From: an uncultured Acidimicrobiales bacterium
Lineage (GTDB): Bacteria > Actinomycetota > Acidimicrobiia > Acidimicrobiales > UBA10347
Length of the DNA stretch: 48,262 nucleotides
Direction: 5' to 3'
Assembly: GCA_938015575.1 (NCBI GenBank)
Contig: CALLPT010000100.1
Span: 1 to 48,262, forward strand
Below are positions 1 through 7,385 of the stretch, one piece after another (the first letter of the stretch is position 1; each line of letters begins with the position of its first letter). A program made the position numbers and the translations under genes. The notes below the pieces were generated by a model. It saw only the letters and a list, made by a program, of their open reading frames with translations, had not been told where the DNA came from and did no database searches.

Positions 1-531
1 GCCGCCGAGCACCAGGATTTCGTCGTTGAGCACAACGGATTGGAAATAGGCCCGTGGCGGCCAATGCCCCGAGTCGGTCTCGACGATGCGCTCCCAGGTT
101 CGGCCTAGATCGTCGCTCCGCCACACGTCGGAAAAGATGTCGCTGTCGCCGGGCAGCGTCGAATTGCGGGGCGTACGGCCGCCGAGGAGCAGAAGCGATT
201 CGTCGAGCTCCACGACCCGCAGACCGGCTCGACGTCCCCACGGGGCATCGTCGAGGATCAGTTCCCAGGCCGGCCCTGTTGTCGGAGTCGGCGTCGGTGC
301 CGTAGTCGCGACGGGCGTAGCGGTGATCGCCGGAAGCGGGGCCGCCTCGTCCGGCTCGTCCGGCTCGTCCGGCTCATCCGTCGCGTCCGACGCCGTTGCG
401 CTGGTTGCTTCGTCGGTGCTGTCGACTGCGATTGTGGCCGCGAGTCCAAGCTCCTGCGAGGGGTCGGAGCCGCTACAAGCGGATAACAGTACGAGACACG
501 CAACAGCGGCGAACGTTCGACGGACGGCCAT
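1..531 (-). CDS. Secreted lipoprotein, N-terminal part only. The beta-propeller-type (Kelch/Asp-box-like) repeat region runs off the window start.
   Basis: Absent from the ORF track because it has no stop in the window. My minus-strand translation from the ATG (complement of 529-531) gives MAVRRTFAAVACLVLLSACSGSDPSQ..., a signal peptide plus lipobox L-S-A-C. An acidic linker (DEPDEPDEPDE) and a Thr/Pro linker follow. Then comes ...LLLLGGRTPRNS...DVWRSDDLGRTWERIV...VVLNDEILVLGG, with an S-x-D-x-G-x-T-W Asp-box and GG-terminated blades. The frame is open to position 1 (531 nt = 177 codons). Confidence 0.6.
   Translation of the reverse strand, partial: MAVRRTFAAVACLVLLSACSGSDPSQELGLAATIAVDSTDEATSATASDATDEPDEPDEPDEAAPLPAITATPVATTAPTPTPTTGPAWELILDDAPWGRRAGLRVVELDESLLLLGGRTPRNSTLPGDSDIFSDVWRSDDLGRTWERIVETDSGHWPPRAYFQSVVLNDEILVLGG
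346..381. repeat. 9-bp tandem repeat (ctcgtccgg x3 plus one imperfect copy) inside the lipoprotein gene
   Basis: Direct reading: ctcgtccgg at 346-354, 355-363 and 364-372, then ctcatccgt. On the minus strand it encodes the DEPDEPDEPDE linker just after the lipobox. Confidence 0.85.
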
Positions 532-622
532 CAAGCCATGATGGACGGTGCCCAGCAGCGATGACGAGTCGTTCTGACACAATCCGCACAGCGCAGGGCT
601 CTGACTGCTCAAAATCGGCGCA

Positions 623-1489
623 TTGCCGCCGATGCAGAGAGGCATGAAGGCATGGGCGGGACCACGCAAACCATGGCAGATCGGCCTGATCATCGCGGGC
701 GGCTACCTCGCGGCCAAGGTGATCTTCAACCTGATTTGGCGTCGCGGAGGCACAACCACCGAAGACCCTGCGTCGTGGTCCGCGCTGACGCCACTGCTGA
801 TCGCGGTGGCAGCGGCGATGCTGATCGGCTTGCTGGCCGCGTGGGCGCTGGCGCGCTCGGTCGGCGCGACCGTCGGCGGCATGGAACTGCGCGCCCTGCA
901 CGAGTTCCGCCTGCCCCACGTCGTTGGTGACCAACCGGCAGCGACCTTTCGAACGAATCCGACCGAGATCGTCGACCAGCTTGCGGCGCTCGGCTTCGAG
1001 CCCGCGGGTGCCTACGAGGTCGAGATGCCCGATCATCGAGCGACCTTTGCGTGCATGCTGTCGCCCGAACACACGACGATGGCCGTGGTGACGCCCGCTC
1101 ACATGGCGCTGCGAAGCAACTTCGACGGCAAGCTGCTCGGCACTGCCGACCGTGCAACCGGCGCCAAGCACGCCGCCTGGGTGCTCGAGCAGGTTTCCCC
1201 GAGCCAGTCGCCCGAGGTTGTCTGGCAGACCCACCAACAGGCTCTCGCACTGCTGCAGGAACGAGCCCACGTGCCGAGCCGCTTCGTCACCAGCGCCGCC
1301 TCGACAACCGCGGTCGAGATCGATCGCGCCTCGATCCGCGAGTTCTCCTCGGGCGCCCAGCTGCGGTCAATGCTGACCCACTCGATGACCGGAGGCGTAG
1401 GGCCACTGGGACACAAGGATTGGCGCCGAATCGAGAAGTGGTTGGCCGAGCCCAGCCGCTGGAACGACCCGATCGCCGACGAGCGCTAG
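623..1489 (+). CDS. Hypothetical membrane protein (two N-terminal TM helices plus a soluble C-terminal domain)
   Basis: 288-aa ORF with GC3-rich codons. It has hydrophobic stretches IGLIIAGGYLAAKVIFNLIW and LTPLLIAVAAAMLIGLLAAWALA. I recognised no family motif. The start is uncertain: TTG 623, ATG 632 or ATG 644, all in frame. Confidence 0.55.
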   Translation: MPPMQRGMKAWAGPRKPWQIGLIIAGGYLAAKVIFNLIWRRGGTTTEDPASWSALTPLLIAVAAAMLIGLLAAWALARSVGATVGGMELRALHEFRLPHVVGDQPAATFRTNPTEIVDQLAALGFEPAGAYEVEMPDHRATFACMLSPEHTTMAVVTPAHMALRSNFDGKLLGTADRATGAKHAAWVLEQVSPSQSPEVVWQTHQQALALLQERAHVPSRFVTSAASTTAVEIDRASIREFSSGAQLRSMLTHSMTGGVGPLGHKDWRRIEKWLAEPSRWNDPIADER

Positions 1490-1546
1490 CGCTCCAAGCT
1501 GCCCGCCGCCGCCCGGCGACCTGGCCGTGCGCCTACGCTTCAGCCC

Positions 1547-2215
1547 GTGAAAGCCGCCCCCGCACCGAATCCCTCGGCCGCTGTCGCTGAGATTCGTCCT
1601 TTGCTCAAGGGGTGGTCCCACGTTCTGGCCGCGCTCGCCGCCACTGCGTTGTGCCCGATTCTGATCGCGTTCTCTCCCGACGGCACGCGGGCTGCCGCCG
1701 CGATCTTCAGCTCGTGTGTGATCGCATTGTTCGCGATCTCGGGGGCCTATCACCGTTTCGACTGGAAAGGCTCGGCGTTGGCATTCATGCGGCGCCTGGA
1801 CCACTCGATGATCTTCGTGGTCATTGCTGCCACCTACACGCCGATCGCCGTCGTCGCGCTTCCGCCGTTCGAAGGACGACTGATCCTCGCCGTCGTCTGG
1901 AGCGGAGCCGTCGGGGGAGCGGTCCTGCATCTGTTCTGGCCCAACGCTCCCCGCAAGCTCCTGGTCGGGCTCTACCTGTGCGTCGGTTGGGCGGCACTGC
2001 TCGTCATTGCCGACATCTGGCGCGAGCTCGGCGTGGCCGGGTTCACCCTGTTGCTCGCCGGCGGACTCCTGCATTCCATCGGCGGGGCCATCTACGCGCT
2101 CAAGCGCCCCGACCCGTGGCCGACGATCTTTGGCTTCCACGAGGTGTTCCACTTGTTTGTCATCGGCGGCATTGCCTGCCACTACGTCGTCGTCGCCTTT
2201 TTTGCCTTGCGCTGA
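1547..2215 (+). CDS. Hemolysin III / PAQR family 7-TM protein
   Basis: 222 aa and multi-TM. The GWSH...AYHR...RLDHSMIF...FGFHEVFHLFV pattern of conserved His/Asp positions is typical of Hly-III/YplQ proteins. GTG start. Confidence 0.85.
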   Translation: MKAAPAPNPSAAVAEIRPLLKGWSHVLAALAATALCPILIAFSPDGTRAAAAIFSSCVIALFAISGAYHRFDWKGSALAFMRRLDHSMIFVVIAATYTPIAVVALPPFEGRLILAVVWSGAVGGAVLHLFWPNAPRKLLVGLYLCVGWAALLVIADIWRELGVAGFTLLLAGGLLHSIGGAIYALKRPDPWPTIFGFHEVFHLFVIGGIACHYVVVAFFALR

Positions 2216-2241
2216 GCCGAGCCGTCCGCTGAGCTAGGCCC

Positions 2242-2868
2242 ATGAAGCGGACCGCTCGACGAGCTCGACACATCGAACAGCTCGACGGGTACGAGAGCGG
2301 TGCTGACGCCCACTTGCGAGCAACCGAAGCCGCACTCGCCGCGGCCGAGACGGCTCGCGTTGTGGTCCTCGTCGAAGGCATCAGCGACCAAATCGCCGTC
2401 GACTCCTTGCTCGCCCGATCCGGACGTGACGCGACAGCAGAACGGATCGTCGTCGTGCCGATCGGGGGAGCCCACGGGGTCGCCAAGTTCGTCGACGAGT
2501 TCGTCGGGCGAGGCGACGTTGCCGTATTCGGTCTGTGCGACGAGGCCGAAGCGGACTTCTTCGCCGACGCCTTTGGCAGCCACGCGCTGGACAGCTTCTC
2601 TGTCTGCGTGCCGGATCTCGAAGCTGAATTGATCCGCAGCTTTGACCAGGACGAGCTCGAGTCAATCATCGAGCACCAAGGTGAACTGCGCTCGCTACGA
2701 ACGATGCAGAAACAGACGGGCTGGCGGGACCGGCACTTTGCCGAGCAGGCGCATCGATGGATACGAAGTCGGGCGCTGCGCAGCAGCCGCTACGCCGCAC
2801 TACTCATCGATGCCGCCGAGGAACAGCGTCTGCCGCAACCGTTGGTCGAGCTGGTCGCAGGAATCTGA
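2242..2868 (+). CDS. Stand-alone OLD-family TOPRIM domain protein (putative nuclease, no ATPase domain)
   Basis: 208 aa. VVVLVEGISDQ matches the TOPRIM E-G motif and VFGLCDEAEAD is the acidic cluster at the DxD position. PDLEAELI and a C-terminal helical region (RYAALLIDAA...LPQPLVELV) resemble the C-terminal half of OLD/Gabija-type nucleases. No Walker A/ABC ATPase region is present in this ORF or its neighbours. Confidence 0.65.
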   Translation: MKRTARRARHIEQLDGYESGADAHLRATEAALAAAETARVVVLVEGISDQIAVDSLLARSGRDATAERIVVVPIGGAHGVAKFVDEFVGRGDVAVFGLCDEAEADFFADAFGSHALDSFSVCVPDLEAELIRSFDQDELESIIEHQGELRSLRTMQKQTGWRDRHFAEQAHRWIRSRALRSSRYAALLIDAAEEQRLPQPLVELVAGI

Positions 2869-2914
2869 TTCGCGGACCGCGGGCCGAGCGAGGCCATCGG
2901 CCAGACTGGTCGCA

Positions 2915-4171
2915 GTGACCGCGATCATCGAGCGCTTCCGGGGCGAAGAGAAGCTGTTCGTGCTCTGCGGAGCGACGTTCATCGTCATGGCCGGGCAAGG
3001 CATCGTGTCACCAGTGCTGGCGCTCTACGCCAAAGAGTTCGGCGTCGGCACGACCATGGTCGGACTCACGGTGACCGTGTTCGCCATCGCTCGACTCATT
3101 GTGAACATCCCTGCCGGGCTCCTGGCGGATCGATTCGGGCGACGCGTGATCCTCGTCGGCGGCCCGATCATCACGGCGGTGGGCATGATCGGCAGCGGCT
3201 TCGCCGACAACATCTGGACGCTGCTCGTGTGGCGCTTCGTCGCAGGTGCGGGGTCGGCGTTCTACATGAGCGGCGCCATGGTGTATCTGATCGACATCGC
3301 CCGCCCCGACCAACTGTCCCGCTATGTCGCCACCAACCAGTGGGCACTCAGCCTGGGCGTGGCCATGGGACCCGGCCTCGGCGGACTGGTCGCCGACCGG
3401 TGGGGGCTCGGCGCCCCGTTCTTCGTCGTCGGCATCACCGCACTCGTCGCGGCGACCTATGCGATGTTCCGACTCCCCGAGACGCTCGACCGCGAGGGCA
3501 TGCAAAAGTCGCGAGAAGACGCCGAGCAGGCAAGTGCCCGAGGCGATGTCGAGGCCGCTGGCCCGTCGTCGGTGCGCGAACTCGCGCTGAGTCGACCGTT
3601 CCTGTTGCTCGCGCTGGTGTCGATGACGATCTTCATGACCCGAGGTGGCACCCGAGGCACGCTCATGCCGCTGCGCGCCGATGGTGCCATTGGTTGGGGC
3701 CCGCGTGAGATCGGTCTCGTATTCACACTCACCGGCGCGCTCACGCTGTTCACGCTCATGCCGGCTGGCCGCGCTTCGGACAACATCGGGCGCCGCTGGG
3801 TCATCTTGTTCTCGGGCGTCTTTGCCGGTGCGGGAGCACTCGTCGTGGCCAGCTCAGCCACCGCCGTCGCGTTCGTGCTCGGCAACATCGTCATGTCGCT
3901 CGGTACCGGGACCGCGGGCCCGGCGCCGGCCGCGTTCGTGGCTGACATCACGCCCGCCCACATGCGCGGCGTGCTTATCGGGCTGTACCGCTCGGCGGGT
4001 GACGTCGGCATCATCCTGGGTCCGGTATTGCTCGGCTGGCTAAGTGACCTGACGTCGATCGCGTTCGCGATGAGCGTTGGCGGTGTTCTCGTCGCAGCTG
4101 CGGCGTTGCTTTTCTTCGTCGGCAACGCAAAACATCCCGCGGCCGGCCGCCAAGTCGCGCGCAGCGGGTAG
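2915..4171 (+). CDS. MFS transporter
   Basis: The track ORF 2642-4171 overlaps the upstream gene, and its first about 90 aa are Arg/Ser-rich junk. I start it at the in-frame GTG at 2915 (VTAIIERFRGEEKLFVLCGATFIVMAG...). It carries MFS motif A, GLLADRFGRRVILVGG, and about 12 TM segments. Confidence 0.8.
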   Translation: MTAIIERFRGEEKLFVLCGATFIVMAGQGIVSPVLALYAKEFGVGTTMVGLTVTVFAIARLIVNIPAGLLADRFGRRVILVGGPIITAVGMIGSGFADNIWTLLVWRFVAGAGSAFYMSGAMVYLIDIARPDQLSRYVATNQWALSLGVAMGPGLGGLVADRWGLGAPFFVVGITALVAATYAMFRLPETLDREGMQKSREDAEQASARGDVEAAGPSSVRELALSRPFLLLALVSMTIFMTRGGTRGTLMPLRADGAIGWGPREIGLVFTLTGALTLFTLMPAGRASDNIGRRWVILFSGVFAGAGALVVASSATAVAFVLGNIVMSLGTGTAGPAPAAFVADITPAHMRGVLIGLYRSAGDVGIILGPVLLGWLSDLTSIAFAMSVGGVLVAAAALLFFVGNAKHPAAGRQVARSG

Positions 4172-4243
4172 GCGGCTCTGGCGCACTGGCTTGACGAAGT
4201 TCTTACCGGCGGCTGTCAGAACGCGAGGGGTCGCGACCGCACC

Positions 4244-5587
4244 ATGGCTTGCATGACATCCTCTGCAAAACAACTGGTCGCGTTTGTGCTGATTGCGGCG
4301 CTGCTTCTCGCCGGGTGCGGCTCCGACAGCTCCGACAGCTCCGACAGCTCTGCCAGTGCGGCCACGGTGAGCGACATCGCTGACAGCGAGTTGACGACCG
4401 ACACGACCACCGACGAAGACGCACCGGACTCGGCCGAGACCGTCGCGACCACGGAACCGGTCGTGGTGGAAGCCGAAGGCGACGCGCCCGAACCAACGGT
4501 GCTGGCAACGCCGGTCGCGGTGACCCTCGAACCGGAAACGGCCGAACCCGCATCGGCCGAAACCGATACGGCATCGACGGACTCGGCCTCGAACGATCCG
4601 GTCGCGGTCGCCAATCCCGACTACCTGGGTGGCTACGTGTACGTCGACGAGGGCTTCGGCACGATGGTCACGGTGACGGTCAACGGTGACGGCCGAACGA
4701 TCGCTTCCAACGCCCTGCCCAATCACGAAACCGGACAGTTCCCCAACGCCGGGAACCCGAACACGATCAGCGAGCAAGCCAAGACCTGGACCTACACCAC
4801 CACGCCGACCTATGTCGGCACGCCCAGCATCGTCCGGGAACCTGGTGTCGCACTCAACGGCGTCAAGTTCGAGCCCGACACCGCCGAGCGAGTCAACTGC
4901 GCTACTGGCGAGCAGTACCGGATCGAGGGGCTCCAGGACACATTCGACCTCGGCATGGACTTCAACAACGCCCACGTGCAGCCGACGGGCGAATACCACT
5001 ACCACGGCGTGTCGGACCTGCTCGTCGAGGCCTACGACAACGACGAGGACCTGGTGCTGGTCGGGTTCGCCGCAGACGGGTTCCTCATGTACTACTCAAA
5101 GTCGGGCAGCTACGAAAGCAGCTATGTGCTGTCGACCGAGGTGCGCACCGGCACCGACTGCACCTATCGCGACAACGCCGTCGAAGTCGCGGGCACGACA
5201 GCCGACGGCACCTATGCCAGTGACTGGGTCTATGTCGACGGACTCGGTGAACTGGATCAGTGCAACGGCACGATCGTCGATGGCACCTACGCCTACATCG
5301 TGACCGAGGAGTACCCGTTCGTCCCCCGCTGCCTGATGGGCGAAGCCGCTTCCGCCACTAGCGGCCCCGGCGGCGCCGGCGGTGCCGAACCAACTCAAGG
5401 CGGCCAAGGAGCTGCTGGAGGGCCAGGGGCAGGCGGACCCCCGGACCTGGACAACGTAGCCTCGATCCTCGGCATCGCCCGCGCCGAGCTCGAAGCCGCA
5501 CTGGGAACCCCGCCGCCCGACCTCGCCCAGGCAGCCGCCGCACTTGGCATCACCGAAGCCGAACTCCAAGCCGCCCTGTTCGGCTGA
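4244..5587 (+). CDS. YHYH-domain lipoprotein
   Basis: Signal peptide plus lipobox LLLAGC, then an acidic Ser/Thr/Glu-rich linker. The conserved core is ALPNHETGQFPN...GEYHYHG...CNG...YAYIVTEEYPFVPRC, the signature of YHYH proteins. A Gly-rich tail follows, with two LGI(A/T)xAEL(E/Q)AAL repeats at the C-terminus. Confidence 0.8.
   Translation: MACMTSSAKQLVAFVLIAALLLAGCGSDSSDSSDSSASAATVSDIADSELTTDTTTDEDAPDSAETVATTEPVVVEAEGDAPEPTVLATPVAVTLEPETAEPASAETDTASTDSASNDPVAVANPDYLGGYVYVDEGFGTMVTVTVNGDGRTIASNALPNHETGQFPNAGNPNTISEQAKTWTYTTTPTYVGTPSIVREPGVALNGVKFEPDTAERVNCATGEQYRIEGLQDTFDLGMDFNNAHVQPTGEYHYHGVSDLLVEAYDNDEDLVLVGFAADGFLMYYSKSGSYESSYVLSTEVRTGTDCTYRDNAVEVAGTTADGTYASDWVYVDGLGELDQCNGTIVDGTYAYIVTEEYPFVPRCLMGEAASATSGPGGAGGAEPTQGGQGAAGGPGAGGPPDLDNVASILGIARAELEAALGTPPPDLAQAAAALGITEAELQAALFG
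4321..4356. repeat. 9-bp tandem repeat (ctccgacag x3 plus one imperfect copy) inside the YHYH lipoprotein gene
   Basis: Direct reading: ctccgacag at 4321-4329, 4330-4338 and 4339-4347, then ctctgccag. It encodes SDSSDSSDSS immediately after the lipobox Cys. Confidence 0.85.
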
Positions 5588-5620
5588 TCCCTCGGCTCAC
5601 CGCAGACCTACCACACCAAC

Positions 5621-5648
5621 CGATGCCCCGGCTCCGGCCGGGGCATCG
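5621..5648 (+). terminator. GC-rich hairpin (12-bp stem, 4-nt loop) after the YHYH gene; possible intrinsic terminator or attenuator
   Basis: cgatgccccggc-tccg-gccggggcatcg is a perfect 12-bp inverted repeat, about 30 nt after the stop at 5587 and about 50 nt before the next start. There is no T-tract, so it fits only the relaxed actinobacterial terminator type. Confidence 0.45.
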
Positions 5649-5696
5649 GCGCGCACGGGTTCGGAGCAAGACGGAGCGGGGTGGCATCATCGTGAC

Positions 5697-7340
5697 ATGA
5701 CCGACGTGATCCATGCCCCGGCACCCGCCCCGGTCGAAGACCTCGACTACGAAGCGATCATCATTGGCGCCGGAGTCGCCGGGATCTACCAGATCAAACG
5801 GCTCACCGATCTCGGCATGAACGCCACCGTGCTCGAGTCGAGCGCCGACCTCGGCGGCACCTGGTGGAACAACCGGTACCCGGGGGCCCGCTTCGACTCC
5901 GAGAGCTACACCTATGGCTACTCCTGGAGCCAAGAGCTGCTCGACGAATGGCACTGGACCGAACGGTTCTCGCCCCAACCCGAGACCTTGAAGTACCTCA
6001 ACTTCGTCGCCGAGAAGTTCGATCTTCGCCAGTATATGCAGTTCGGTTGCCGCGTCGACTCCATGCGATGGGACGACGACGCACACACCTGGACTCTGCA
6101 ACTCGGCGACGGCCGCACCATGGTCACCAGATTCGTGTACACCGCCTTCGGACTGCTGTCGGTACCGACGCTTCCTCGCATCGAAGGTATCGACGACTAC
6201 GAAGGCCAGGCATGGCACCCGCACGACTGGCCACATGAACCGGTCGACCTGACCGGCAAACGGGTCGCGATCATCGGCACCGGGGCAACGGCCATCCAGA
6301 TCATACCCGAGGTCGCCAAAGAGGCCGAACATCTCTATGTGCTGCAACGGCGACCCAATTGGGCCGCGCCGTTGCACAACTCGGTCATCGACGAAGAAGA
6401 GATGGCTGACATCCGTCGCCGCTACGACGAGATCTTCGCCCGGTGCGCACAGACGCCGGGCGGCTTCGAGCACGGTCCTGACGATCGCAGCTTCTGGGAG
6501 GTCACCAAAGAAGAGCGTTTGGAGCTTTGGGATCGGCTCTACGAAGGGTCGGGCTTCGGCATCTGGCTGTCGCATTTCCGCGAGATCTTCATGGAGGAAC
6601 GCGCCAATGCCGAGTTCTCCGAATACATCGCGCAACGCACCCGCGAACGCATCGACGACCCTGAACTCGCGGAGAAGCTCATCCCCACCGATCACGGCTT
6701 CGGGATCCAGCGGGTGCCGCTCGAAACGAACTACTTTGAGACCTACAACCGCGACAACGTGACACTGGTCGACCTCGCAGAAGCCCCGATCGAACGGATC
6801 ACGAAGACCGGCGTCAAGACGACCGACGCCGAGTACGACTTCGACATCATGATCTACTCGACGGGTTTCGATGCATTCACCGGCGCCTACGACCAGGTCG
6901 ACATTCAGGGCGTCGATGGCCAGCGTCTGGCGAACAAGTGGAACGACGGCCCGGTCACGCTGTACGGGATCCTCGTGCACGGCTTTCCGAACATGATGAT
7001 GGTGCCCGGCCCCCAGTCGGCGGTGGTGAACTTCCCCCGCACCGTCGAGACGACCGTTGACTGGGCGACCCCGCTCATGGAACACGCCCGAGCGAATGGG
7101 CATACCAAGTTCGATGCAAGCGCCGCGGCCGAACAGGAGTGGTTCGACGAGTGCGTTGGTTGGTACGACCGCATGCTGATCAAGAACAGCCAGCACTGGA
7201 TGACCGGCTACAACTCGAACCTGCCCGGCCACGAGTTCGGCAACACGCGCTACAACGTCTACAACGGCGGCGGGCCGCGCTACCAGAGGCTTCTCGACGC
7301 GGCCGCAGCCGAGGGCTATCCGTCGGTCGACTTCGACTGA
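5697..7340 (+). CDS. Type I Baeyer-Villiger monooxygenase (cyclohexanone/phenylacetone monooxygenase-like flavoprotein)
   Basis: Start moved to ATG 5697 (MTDVIHAP...), because the upstream 51 aa of the track ORF overlap the terminator region. Motifs present: FAD GxGxxG (IIGAGVAGI), GGTWWNNRYPGARFDSESYTY, BVMO fingerprint YEGQAWHPHDWP (FxGxxxHxxxWP type) and the NADPH Rossmann IIGTGATAIQ. Confidence 0.85.
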   Translation: MTDVIHAPAPAPVEDLDYEAIIIGAGVAGIYQIKRLTDLGMNATVLESSADLGGTWWNNRYPGARFDSESYTYGYSWSQELLDEWHWTERFSPQPETLKYLNFVAEKFDLRQYMQFGCRVDSMRWDDDAHTWTLQLGDGRTMVTRFVYTAFGLLSVPTLPRIEGIDDYEGQAWHPHDWPHEPVDLTGKRVAIIGTGATAIQIIPEVAKEAEHLYVLQRRPNWAAPLHNSVIDEEEMADIRRRYDEIFARCAQTPGGFEHGPDDRSFWEVTKEERLELWDRLYEGSGFGIWLSHFREIFMEERANAEFSEYIAQRTRERIDDPELAEKLIPTDHGFGIQRVPLETNYFETYNRDNVTLVDLAEAPIERITKTGVKTTDAEYDFDIMIYSTGFDAFTGAYDQVDIQGVDGQRLANKWNDGPVTLYGILVHGFPNMMMVPGPQSAVVNFPRTVETTVDWATPLMEHARANGHTKFDASAAAEQEWFDECVGWYDRMLIKNSQHWMTGYNSNLPGHEFGNTRYNVYNGGGPRYQRLLDAAAAEGYPSVDFD

Positions 7341-7385
7341 TCGCGCCCACGCTCCGCCACGTATCCGGGTCCGAGGGGGAACCGA

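Noticed and set aside
2642-2914. N-terminal 91-aa extension of the MFS ORF (track start 2642)
   Set aside because: It overlaps the TOPRIM gene in another frame and encodes Ser/Arg/Cys-rich sequence unlike an MFS N-terminus. The in-frame GTG at 2915, just after the upstream stop, gives a normal MFS start.
4040-5005. 321-aa minus-strand ORF
   Set aside because: It is antisense to the YHYH lipoprotein gene and the 3' end of the MFS gene, and its composition is Arg/Gly/Val-rich.
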